From Pyrobaculum aerophilum str. IM2 (lineage in GTDB: Archaea; Thermoproteota; Thermoprotei; Thermoproteales; Thermoproteaceae), in NCBI RefSeq assembly GCF_000007225.1, contig NC_003364.1, forward strand, positions 510,001 through 542,000: 32,000 nucleotides of DNA. The letters run 5' to 3'. A program made the translations under genes and the position numbers. Of the stretch, positions 24,621 through 32,000 are shown piece after piece (position 1 is the stretch's first letter; each line of letters starts with the position of its first letter). A model generated the notes under the pieces. That model was not told where the DNA came from. It was given only the letters and a program-made list of their open reading frames with translations, and did not search any database.

Positions 24621-24895
24621 TGGCGCTAATTATCGCGACCGTAGCCGTCTTGTACTTAGCTTTTAAAGCCTTTAGGCCGTATAAGAGGTCTGTGAGGGAG
24701 GAGGCGGCGCTTGAAGCCGCGGTTTTAGCAGAGCTCGCCAAGGGGCCTGCTGATTTGAGCTCCCTTGCCTCTAGAATAGGGGCTGACGAGCTTCTAGTGG
24801 CGTCGGTATTGGCGAAGTTAGTTAGAGAGGGCTTAGTGAAACGAGTCGAGGAGGGAGATGTCGTAAAGTATGTATGGAGTGGGCGAAGAGAGTGA
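24608..24895 (+). CDS. Membrane-anchored winged-helix (MarR/ArsR-like) protein
   Basis: The N-terminal TM helix is WALVALIIATVAVLYLAF. It is followed by LAELAKGPADLSSLASRIGADELLVASVLAKLVREGLVKRVEEGDVVKYVW, which has an HTH-plus-wing pattern. It overlaps both neighbours (13 and 22 nt). Confidence 0.5.
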   Translation: MWALVALIIATVAVLYLAFKAFRPYKRSVREEAALEAAVLAELAKGPADLSSLASRIGADELLVASVLAKLVREGLVKRVEEGDVVKYVWSGRRE

Positions 24896-25428
24896 GAGAC
24901 GCGTACTTGGCCATAGGGGATGAGTACGAGAGGACGAGGAGGAGGCCGTTGCCAGTGGCGGATTTGGGGAGATTTGGCGAGAGGGCGCTCGACATAGGGT
25001 CAGGTAGGGGGGCCCAGCCCCTTTACTTAGAACACGAACATAAATACGTGGTGCACTGCGATTTACACAGAAGGCTAACCCCCGGCGGAGACTCAGTGGA
25101 GTGCGAGGCCACAATGCTCCCGTTTAGAGACGGCGCATTTGACGTGGCATATTTAATAGCCGTAATACACCACATGCCGCCTGAGGTTGCGTCAATTGCG
25201 TTGAGAAACGCCAGGAGAGTCGCAAAGAGAGTTGTAATAACAACGTGGGCTGTGGCAAAAGGCCGCCAAGTGGGACCTAAATTGTGGGTCGTGCCATGGG
25301 GAAAGAAGGCTTTACGCTACTACTTCCACTATACACACTACGATCTGGCCAAAATGTTGCCAACCATGCCTCTTGCAATGGGAATACTTAAGAGAGGAAA
25401 TCAAATAAATTATTTTGTACTACTATGA
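24874..25428 (+). CDS. Class I SAM-dependent methyltransferase
   Basis: ALDIGSGRGA is motif I, and LPFRDGAFDVAYLIAVIHHM is a Methyltransf_11-type block. The protein is 184 aa. Confidence 0.8.
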   Translation: MEWAKRVRDAYLAIGDEYERTRRRPLPVADLGRFGERALDIGSGRGAQPLYLEHEHKYVVHCDLHRRLTPGGDSVECEATMLPFRDGAFDVAYLIAVIHHMPPEVASIALRNARRVAKRVVITTWAVAKGRQVGPKLWVVPWGKKALRYYFHYTHYDLAKMLPTMPLAMGILKRGNQINYFVLL

Positions 25429-25956
25429 TCCAACAATAAACTGTACTTTCCTAACAGTATAGGGGCTCGGCATTGCCCACTTAACGTAACAACCCGCCCT
25501 TGTGAGATTGACCACATCTCCCACTCTGCAGTTGTACGATTCCCCAAGATCTGCGTATATCTGAACATAGCCCTCGGGCTTGTAGAGGGCCGAAATATTA
25601 TAAACTGCCTTAGAAATGTCGACATAGGCGCTCGCACGCCCTCTGTATGCCTCAAAGCTTATGTATACCACTAAGACGCCCTGCTCGTTGCGTATTGTTA
25701 TTGCGTAGTAAAACGCATCAAACGGCGGTGAGTAGTAAGGCAGAGATATCTGTTGCGTGAAACTATAAACGCCGGAAATAGATGCCGTCGAGGCTCCCAC
25801 GCGGAGCTGGTTGACCACAGAGGCCAGCAAAGCCTCTGCGGCCGCCTTTGCTTCCTCTTCGAAAACAATCTGTGCTTGTGTGTTGACAATCCATGCAATA
25901 ATTACTGACAGAATACCCACGAATGCCATTGAAACGGCTACTTGAAGGGCGTTCAT
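25423..25956 (-). CDS. Pilin-like operon, gene 5: 177-aa protein with an N-terminal hydrophobic helix
   Basis: MNALQVAVSMAFVGILSVIIAWIV is followed by an ectodomain with 2 Cys. Its ATG overlaps the upstream stop as ATGA (25953-25956). Confidence 0.7.
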   Translation of the reverse strand: MNALQVAVSMAFVGILSVIIAWIVNTQAQIVFEEEAKAAAEALLASVVNQLRVGASTASISGVYSFTQQISLPYYSPPFDAFYYAITIRNEQGVLVVYISFEAYRGRASAYVDISKAVYNISALYKPEGYVQIYADLGESYNCRVGDVVNLTRAGCYVKWAMPSPYTVRKVQFIVGS

Positions 25957-26549
25957 CTTAATTCTATAACAACGGGAATTACAACGACAGTGGAGGTATC
26001 TCCAGTATTAAAATTACATTGATCCGCTGAGTATGTCTTTGGTGAGTACACTGCGTAGTAAATGCCCACGCCTAGGGCTCCCTGGGAGGCTGTGTATGTA
26101 ATATTTAACACTACGGCTATATTGCCATATCTGACTATGCGCGGGGCCAGCGACACGGAAGTCCCCCACCCGTTTATTGCAATGGGAGGCTCCGGAGCGT
26201 CTACAAGGCTCCTCCACCTAGTTCCTCTGTAGAGTCCGAAGAGAGATAAATATGGTGATTTATATGTAAGCGTTGTGTTATAAACAGGGGCTCCGTTGCA
26301 CTGGCCCAATGTGGTAGTGGAGTAGGTCAATTCTCCAAATCTCAGTTGGGGCATATTCACAATTTTCTGCGCATAAGCAGCGCCCATGTCCGATTCAATA
26401 GAATCGGCAAGTACATTCAGAAAAGCCACAGCGGCCCTCGCCTCTGCTAATGCCTGGTATTGGTAAATTTGCCACATTATGGCTGGCACCGCGGCAAATA
26501 TGGCGATGAGGACAAAGGCGGTTAGTATCAGTGTTTCCAGGGACGTCAT
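25953..26549 (-). CDS. Pilin-like operon, gene 4: 198-aa protein starting directly with MTSLE plus a hydrophobic helix
   Basis: MTSLETLILTAFVLIAIFAAV begins with the same five residues as the predicted mature end of the 14746 pilin. The protein has 2 Cys and several NxT sequons. There is an ATGA overlap at 26546-26549. The in-frame upstream sequence hits TAG seven codons before the ATG. Confidence 0.7.
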   Translation of the reverse strand: MTSLETLILTAFVLIAIFAAVPAIMWQIYQYQALAEARAAVAFLNVLADSIESDMGAAYAQKIVNMPQLRFGELTYSTTTLGQCNGAPVYNTTLTYKSPYLSLFGLYRGTRWRSLVDAPEPPIAINGWGTSVSLAPRIVRYGNIAVVLNITYTASQGALGVGIYYAVYSPKTYSADQCNFNTGDTSTVVVIPVVIELR

Positions 26550-27727
26550 GGGTACAGCCAGTTGAGTCTATTGGCGGCCAAGGCGTTATTTAGCGCCTGG
26601 GGGCAATTCGTGAGGTTAAGCCAGCCGCGGGGGTGGACAATCCAGTAAGTAGTTGAGGGCGTTTTTAACACGGTGACGTTGTGGGAGGCTTGATATTTAA
26701 CATAGGCCCCTGTAGTGTTGTATAACACTACAGGGGCCGCATTTCTAGTGTTGTCAATAGAACACCACCCATTACCCACCCTATAGACGCCGCAACCACT
26801 ACTACACCCGCTGTCGTATATGCCGGGCTTTGGCGTGTCTCGGGGCGGTATGTACAGGGGTATGTTTCCCACATAAACCTTTATTACATACTCCCCAGCT
26901 ATATTGTTAATCTTATACACAGCGCTGTACTCAGTATAATTCACAAGGTCGAAATCTGCGCGGCCTAGGCTGTAACCAATGGCGTCGCTGGTAAAAGATC
27001 TGGAGAGTACGTAAAAGTCCGCGGCCCAGGCATACGGCCTAGATACTGTAATATTAATGCATTGAACCGTTGCGGGACAGTAGTTATCTATGCCGAGCAC
27101 TCTGACTAGCACTCTAAACTCCTTAGTTGCATTGAGGTTAGATAGTGCAAGGAGCGAGACGTCCACAATTACAGAGACGCGGTAGCCAGCTTCATAGGTC
27201 TTGTTGGGGAGGACTACCGTGAACTTATTTGCTTGTAGCAGAGCCCCTTGATTTATAAAAAACACGCCTTGGCTAGTTGACGTGCCATTGGGAGGCTTAG
27301 AGATCCACACTGCTACTGCAGTTCTGTCACCCCTTGCGGCAATGGTTTTGCAACCTGACAGAGACCCCGGAATCTCCGCGTTTAGGCCTAGCGCCGCTCT
27401 GTTTAATACAAAAAACTGCATTGCCTTGTTCACCGCCGCCGAGGTTTTAACGACTTGAGGCCCCTGACAATAACTACTTGACGTAGTTAGCAGCAGAGCA
27501 TACAGTGCCACGTTTTCTGTGTAATTCAACAGCGCGACGAGGCCTATGTAGTCTACATACGATGTAATAACCTCCACCGCCTTTGAGACGTCTCTTGAGA
27601 ATACTCCATACGCGGCTCTGACGCCTCCAAAACCGGGCGATGAAGATGACACTGACTGGAGTATTAAAACTACGGTAATGGCTACTGCGATTATAACTGC
27701 AGTTAATAGAATTACCTGGCCCCTCAT
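26546..27727 (-). CDS. Pilin-like operon, gene 3: 393-aa protein with an MRG/Q class III-type N-terminus
   Basis: MRGQVILLTAVIIAVAITVVLILQ is followed by an ectodomain with 8 Cys and many sequons (NYT, NGT, NKT, NAT, NIT, NTT, NVT, NLT). I chose the start at ATG 27727 because it forms an ATGA overlap with the upstream stop. The ORF-track start at 27814 would overlap the upstream gene by 91 nt. Confidence 0.7.
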   Translation of the reverse strand: MRGQVILLTAVIIAVAITVVLILQSVSSSSPGFGGVRAAYGVFSRDVSKAVEVITSYVDYIGLVALLNYTENVALYALLLTTSSSYCQGPQVVKTSAAVNKAMQFFVLNRAALGLNAEIPGSLSGCKTIAARGDRTAVAVWISKPPNGTSTSQGVFFINQGALLQANKFTVVLPNKTYEAGYRVSVIVDVSLLALSNLNATKEFRVLVRVLGIDNYCPATVQCINITVSRPYAWAADFYVLSRSFTSDAIGYSLGRADFDLVNYTEYSAVYKINNIAGEYVIKVYVGNIPLYIPPRDTPKPGIYDSGCSSGCGVYRVGNGWCSIDNTRNAAPVVLYNTTGAYVKYQASHNVTVLKTPSTTYWIVHPRGWLNLTNCPQALNNALAANRLNWLYP

Positions 27728-28089
27728 GCCCACACCGCTATACATACTGTCGTTCCGTTGGGCAAAACTGTTGCCAGCGATATTGCAATTCGCGGAGAGG
27801 GCGGCGTAGTGCACACGCCATTAGTGGGCAGATAGACGTCAACAGAGGCTAAGGGATCTATAAGCGCCGCCTCCCTCCTCGCCTGCGCCACTGCTTCCTC
27901 CCAGCTATACTGTAGCCGGAAAAGGAACTCCGGGCTAGCCGCCAACCTCACTGCAAATGCCGACAGCTCAGAAACCCTCCCTCTTTCCCCCGCCTGTACT
28001 GCTATAGACGCCGGGGCCGTGTAGTTATACAGAGCGATGGTTAGAATGAGAATAAAAGCGGCGAAGGAGAGCTCAAGAACCCACCTCAT
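27724..28089 (-). CDS. Pilin-like operon, gene 2: 121-aa protein with an N-terminal hydrophobic helix
   Basis: MRWVLELSFAAFILILTIALY is followed by an ectodomain with 2 Cys. There is an ATGA overlap at 28086-28089. Confidence 0.65.
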   Translation of the reverse strand: MRWVLELSFAAFILILTIALYNYTAPASIAVQAGERGRVSELSAFAVRLAASPEFLFRLQYSWEEAVAQARREAALIDPLASVDVYLPTNGVCTTPPSPRIAISLATVLPNGTTVCIAVWA

Positions 28090-29681
28090 CTCCTAAACAC
28101 CCACAAGTCGACAATGTAGGTCACCTCGCCGGCGTCGGCCAGAGCTGAGGCGTGGGAGACTGCAAGCGCCTCGGGCCTCTTATCAGTCCACCTTTTCCAC
28201 GTGGCGAAGTGAATTTCGTAGAGCGGCGGGAGGCCCCCCGTCAGCGGCATGACAATAACATCGCGTTGCGGTATGCCGTTACATTTTGGCGGATCGCCCT
28301 GTGAGTTCCTCTCCACAGTGGCTATCAAGAACTTAGCTCTGCCTATAAAACTCCATGGTATAAGACAGGCACCGCTAGACAGAGAATCTTGGTTACACAC
28401 CTCGTTAAAGTCAACTGAAGAGCCGGGATTTATTGTGGCGCTTTGTACCAAAGGCACGGTTTTTCCACCTAGAAAGACGCCAATATAACGGAGGCCTAGA
28501 GCTGATACCCCTGGGTCGTCACAACCGCAGAGCGAAGTCGATGTTGCGCTTTGGATGAGCTTTGAGTGAACCACATACACGCCGGCGTTCTGTCTTGCCA
28601 CAAGGCCTACAAGTGATATTTGGTATGGACTGTAGTAAGTGTAGTTAGCTCCCCTCACTGCGACCCCCCTCACGTAGGCAAAGGCAAATACCGTGCCGCC
28701 TGGCACTGGGATTGCGCCTATCCCGTCATCTCCAGTCTCGCCATTAACACAAACTACCTGAGGCGCGGTTGCGGGGGCGTTTTTATCAGGCGGCTTACAC
28801 CGGCCATGAGGCTTGGTTTTTTGGGCATCAGCTTCAGCGTATATGCCTTCGCCTCTCACTACGACCCTTGTATTCGCTGGCTCTCCGCTGAGCTGGAAGT
28901 CGGGGCAGTACACATCGCCCGGATTTATAGTAATGGGAGCGGATAGTAGGTTAACGCCATTAAACTCTATAGAAGTTATAGTTGCTGGCTGCACCCCGTC
29001 GTTATACAGCGCAATGGTGAAATTCCACTTGTTGCCCTTTTTGTAATAGTACGCCCCTAGTATTTCTATGGAATACTGGGCAGTAGAGTACTGCGGCCAG
29101 TAGAAGACACAAGCGTGGTAGCTGTAAATGCCAGGCGGACTTACTCGAATAAGCGCTTGTGTATCCATGAGTTCGATGTTTATATTCAACGCAGGCCTTA
29201 TATAAATCTCCATGTCGTATTTATCCCAATCAGCGCCAAAAAGGCTCCTCAAGATCCTCTCATATACAGACGGGTCGATAGACTGTTGTTGGGGGGCTCC
29301 CCAGAGGTATATGCCGTAACCAATTTTTGTAACCGGAACGTCCTGCCCCGCTACGTTTATCCTGCACAGCGCCTCGGCGCCTACGCCCGACGCGACGGCC
29401 AGTGCTAAAAGCTTTCTGGAGTCCAGTTGCCCCGGAAGGGAGGGATCTGCCAGTCCCAAGTCTTCTACTTGGTTCAAATCGGTCCAATCGGGTGGGGATC
29501 CCGGAGTCGTTAAGATTTTTTTGAGGACTTCCTGGGCGTCTAGGTGTGTTCCCGCGACTGTTACGACTTGTTGTGTTGAAGCCGCGAAGTAGTTTGAAAG
29601 TACATAGATGCTTAGCATGAACATGGCCACAAGGGTGAATGCTACAAGCATGTCGATTGATTCCATGCCCTTCACGGACAC
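28086..29681 (-). CDS. Pilin-like operon, gene 1: 531-aa protein with a KG/M class III-type N-terminus and a large Cys-rich ectodomain
   Basis: With a GTG start the N-terminus is MSVKG/MESIDMLVAFTLVAMFMLSIYVL, which places Asp at +5 after the KG. The protein has 10 Cys. An internal string WNFTIALYNDGVQPATITSIEFNG resembles ITLYLRVIPQGGASVQIQAIEIAG of the 14746 pilin. An alternative start is ATG 29666. Confidence 0.7.
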   Translation of the reverse strand: MSVKGMESIDMLVAFTLVAMFMLSIYVLSNYFAASTQQVVTVAGTHLDAQEVLKKILTTPGSPPDWTDLNQVEDLGLADPSLPGQLDSRKLLALAVASGVGAEALCRINVAGQDVPVTKIGYGIYLWGAPQQQSIDPSVYERILRSLFGADWDKYDMEIYIRPALNINIELMDTQALIRVSPPGIYSYHACVFYWPQYSTAQYSIEILGAYYYKKGNKWNFTIALYNDGVQPATITSIEFNGVNLLSAPITINPGDVYCPDFQLSGEPANTRVVVRGEGIYAEADAQKTKPHGRCKPPDKNAPATAPQVVCVNGETGDDGIGAIPVPGGTVFAFAYVRGVAVRGANYTYYSPYQISLVGLVARQNAGVYVVHSKLIQSATSTSLCGCDDPGVSALGLRYIGVFLGGKTVPLVQSATINPGSSVDFNEVCNQDSLSSGACLIPWSFIGRAKFLIATVERNSQGDPPKCNGIPQRDVIVMPLTGGLPPLYEIHFATWKRWTDKRPEALAVSHASALADAGEVTYIVDLWVFRR

Positions 29682-29692
29682 TTTAAGTGTTC

Positions 29693-29708
29693 TTAATATT
29701 TATATTTT
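29693..29708 (-). promoter_or_regulatory. TATA-like box of the five-gene pilin-like operon
   Basis: The minus strand reads aaaatataaatattaa, 12-27 nt upstream of GTG 29681. The same 93-bp spacer carries cttaataact about 26 nt upstream of the divergent SufD-like ATG (29775). Confidence 0.45.
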
Positions 29709-29774
29709 GCTGTGCTGTTCCTGATGTACACATTAGGAAGACACGCTTAATAACTCAAGTCGGATCTTCCAATT

Positions 29775-30887
29775 ATGGATATAAAAACGGCGAGATCGCG
29801 AGGCGTCGAACTGGCTACAAAGCTTCCCTGGCAAGAAATAGCCGACTCGCCTACAATTCGGTATTACACAGACTGGTCAAAATTCGAGGGGTTTAAGGGA
29901 TTGGAAAAGCCTCAGCGCGTGCCGACATCAGCCAGCAAGTGCGAAGTAGTGGTTCTTAACGGAGCGCTTGCTAATCACGGCGTTTGTGAAGGAGTTGAGA
30001 TAGGGGTTGGGGGCGAGGTCTTTCGCCACCTCCAGATAAACAGCAAGATTTTGGCTCTTCACGCTTCTGTTTTACACGAGGCTGTGTACGTAAGAATAAG
30101 GGGACGCGTTGAGCCTCTGATTATAAAGCTTGCGGCCTTTGAGAGGGGTTTCCACATAGCTAGCCATGTAGTCCTAGACGTTGAGGAGTCGGCGGAGGGC
30201 TCTGTGATTATCTACGTTGAAAGCGGCGAGGGGGTAATGCACACAGCAGTTGTGGAGGGGGAGGTTAAGGGCTCCGTGGAGTACGTTTTAATATCCAGGG
30301 GATCGGGGCCGCAGTACGTCCACTCGTCGCTGGCAGTGGCCAAGTCCGTGGCCGCAAGGCCTCTGGCGCTAGGCGGGGTTATGAACGCCGTAAGGGAGGA
30401 GTACATAATTGGCGAGAGGGCATCCGCCGAGGTGATAGGGCTGGAGCTGGGGCTAGGGGAGAGCAGAATTGACCACGTAGTTTCTGTAATTAACGACGCG
30501 CCGGAGGGTCGGGGCTACGCGAGGCTTTATGCAGTGGCGGCTGACAAGTCCTTTGTATCTCAAAGGGCTGTGGGGAGGATAACTAAAAGGGGCGTTAGGA
30601 GTGAGAGCTCGGTAGAGGGCGTTGTGTATATAGCTGGGGAGGGCGCGGTCGCCAATACGCAGCCGGTAATATTAGTGGAGACAGGCGACGTGATGGGCGC
30701 GAGGCACTCCGCAGCTGATGCCGCCTTAGACGAGGATAAGGAGTTTTTCCTAAGGTCCAGGGGCGTTAGGAGGGAGTATCTGTCGCAGTTGTTAATGTTA
30801 AGCCTGGCCGACCAATACCTCTCTTCTCTTACTGAAAGCTCCAGGGGCTTTGTAGAGGCGGTGTTGAGATCCTTGGCGATTTTCTAG
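29775..30887 (+). CDS. sufD: SufB/SufD-family Fe-S cluster assembly protein (SufD-like by size)
   Basis: The C-terminal block GARHSAADAALDEDKEFFLRSRGVRREYLSQLL matches the SufB/D signature (H.atvg.ide..lFYL.sRGi). The central region has beta-helix-like repeats, and the protein is 370 aa. Confidence 0.7.
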   Translation: MDIKTARSRGVELATKLPWQEIADSPTIRYYTDWSKFEGFKGLEKPQRVPTSASKCEVVVLNGALANHGVCEGVEIGVGGEVFRHLQINSKILALHASVLHEAVYVRIRGRVEPLIIKLAAFERGFHIASHVVLDVEESAEGSVIIYVESGEGVMHTAVVEGEVKGSVEYVLISRGSGPQYVHSSLAVAKSVAARPLALGGVMNAVREEYIIGERASAEVIGLELGLGESRIDHVVSVINDAPEGRGYARLYAVAADKSFVSQRAVGRITKRGVRSESSVEGVVYIAGEGAVANTQPVILVETGDVMGARHSAADAALDEDKEFFLRSRGVRREYLSQLLMLSLADQYLSSLTESSRGFVEAVLRSLAIF

Positions 30888-32000
30888 CCAATCCACTCCA
30901 CGTCGTGGGGCGAGAAAAAGCCGGCAATTGCCGCGTCTAGCCCGGGAGGCTTGAGGAGATGTCTCCACTCCCCAGGCCTGGGCAAGAGAGTTCTCCTCGC
31001 CGAGTGGTCGTAAAGCCACTTTATTTGAATATGTCTAAACCTAGTGCCGCATTTGCGACACCTCCACCCCCTGCCAGTGCTCTCGAGAGAGCCCCCGCAG
31101 TATGGACACCTGGTCTTTACTCTCACATATCTGCCGAGGACGTGGGCCCGCTCTACGTAGAGGTAGAGGCCCCCCGCCCGCGGCTTCAGCCCGCCGTAGA
31201 GAACCACGTCGCACATTACGCACTTCTCCAGTTCAGTCGCCAGCTTTCCCAAGTGTCGGTACGCGACGAATACAAGCCCGTTGTCCAGCCTCCCCACGAC
31301 GTGTCTTCCTCTTATCCTCTTGGCCTCAATTACAACGCCCCTAATCTTGTAGTAAGAGTAGGGCGTTGGCTCGTTAAAAAACACGCCGTCTTCAATATGC
31401 GCGTCTACCGCTTGATTCGTCCTATATATCACCCACCCCGCGGGCCTATACCCGTGGCTCTCAAGGATGGACTTCGCGTACAAGAGGTGTTGTGGAGTTA
31501 TGCCTCTGATGCCGTAGTAAACAGGGTCGGGCCCCTTGGGCTCAATTAACACGCGCCTGCCGTCTAAGTTGTGAAATGTAAAAGGGAAGGTAAACGCCTC
31601 TATTAATTTCACAAGGCTTGGGGGTATGGGCCTCCTCTCCCCTCCTCTGTAGGCGAGAAGCTCAAAGGTTGATTTAGTGAGATCGGCCCCCACCGCCGCC
31701 ACGGCGCCTATAATGCCCCTCCCTCCCCATATTAACAAGCCGGCCCTCTGAGCCGCCGATTTGCTGACCACTTGAGTCAAGGCTATTTTATACAAAAGAC
31801 GCGCCTTCCATGGAATTTCGCCAACGGCCATTGCCACGCCGGGGTCGGTCTTGCCCTCGCGCCTTGCGTTGTTTTCAACAACGTCAATAGCCAGCTTCCA
31901 GAGCTCCTCCACGTCGCCCTCCGGCACGTTAAGCGCCAGCGACACCGCGGCGTTTCCCCTGGTCTTAAAAGGCACATTTGGATTCAGCCTAACTAAGCGG
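30884..32000 (-). CDS. tiaS: tRNA(Ile2) 2-agmatinylcytidine synthetase TiaS; the 5' end lies outside the window
   Basis: The frame stays open beyond GTG 31975 to the window edge (RLVRLNPNVPFKTRGNAAVSLAL, a conserved TiaS block). GRGIIGAVAAVGADL is present. The C-terminal Zn ribbon is CPYCGGSLESTGRGWRCRKCGTRF, followed by WRHLLKP. Confidence 0.8.
   Translation of the reverse strand, partial: RLVRLNPNVPFKTRGNAAVSLALNVPEGDVEELWKLAIDVVENNARREGKTDPGVAMAVGEIPWKARLLYKIALTQVVSKSAAQRAGLLIWGGRGIIGAVAAVGADLTKSTFELLAYRGGERRPIPPSLVKLIEAFTFPFTFHNLDGRRVLIEPKGPDPVYYGIRGITPQHLLYAKSILESHGYRPAGWVIYRTNQAVDAHIEDGVFFNEPTPYSYYKIRGVVIEAKRIRGRHVVGRLDNGLVFVAYRHLGKLATELEKCVMCDVVLYGGLKPRAGGLYLYVERAHVLGRYVRVKTRCPYCGGSLESTGRGWRCRKCGTRFRHIQIKWLYDHSARRTLLPRPGEWRHLLKPPGLDAAIAGFFSPHDVEWIG

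Noticed and set aside
27728-27814. The ORF-track start of the 422-aa protein (MHYAALSANCNIAGNS...) at 27814.
   Set aside because: It would overlap the upstream gene by 91 nt and place 29 non-hydrophobic residues before the pilin-like MRGQVILL... helix. ATG 27727 instead gives the same ATGA coupling seen at the other three junctions.
30959-31549. A 196-aa + strand ORF and other small ORFs overlapping tiaS.
   Set aside because: They have the Pro/Arg/Ala-rich composition typical of antisense frames. The minus strand encodes conserved TiaS blocks along the whole stretch.

Overview
The window looks like chromosomal DNA from a hyperthermophilic crenarchaeon of the Thermoproteales, probably Pyrobaculum-like. 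Supporting signs are a PaREP1-family gene, coding GC well above 50%, TATA-like boxes about 20-30 nt upstream of start codons (leaderless mRNAs), ATGA-coupled operons, and even Cys counts in secreted proteins. The organism call is an inference. Well-supported housekeeping genes are: M32 carboxypeptidase (5' partial), Thg1-like tRNA-His guanylyltransferase, archaeal phosphopantetheine adenylyltransferase, M28 peptidase, prephenate dehydratase, Hel308 helicase, MCM, HisC, Elp3, a SAM methyltransferase, a SufD-like protein and TiaS (5' partial at the right edge). The accessory content has four parts. (1) A HEPN-clan islet: PaREP1, a possible leader ORF, and a HEPN plus minimal-nucleotidyltransferase pair. 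It is followed by a 411-aa protein with about ten 25-residue Trp-rich repeats (36 Trp). (2) A low-GC islet carrying a type IV pilin-like gene. After it come a disrupted GT39-type glycosyltransferase, a 927-aa beta-propeller surface protein and a frameshifted archaeal ATPase. (3) An overlapping four-gene cluster: small protein, Pol-beta-type nucleotidyltransferase, membrane-anchored wHTH protein, methyltransferase. (4) The best candidate for an undescribed system is a minus-strand operon at 25423-29681. Its five genes are joined by four identical ATGA overlaps and all encode pilin-like N-terminal helices on Cys- and sequon-rich ectodomains. No assembly ATPase, platform protein or prepilin peptidase lies in the window. 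Three genes are broken at or near simple-sequence runs. I found no rRNA, tRNA, CRISPR array or recognisable transposase/integrase, and one weak C/D-box sRNA candidate is reported only as a finding.
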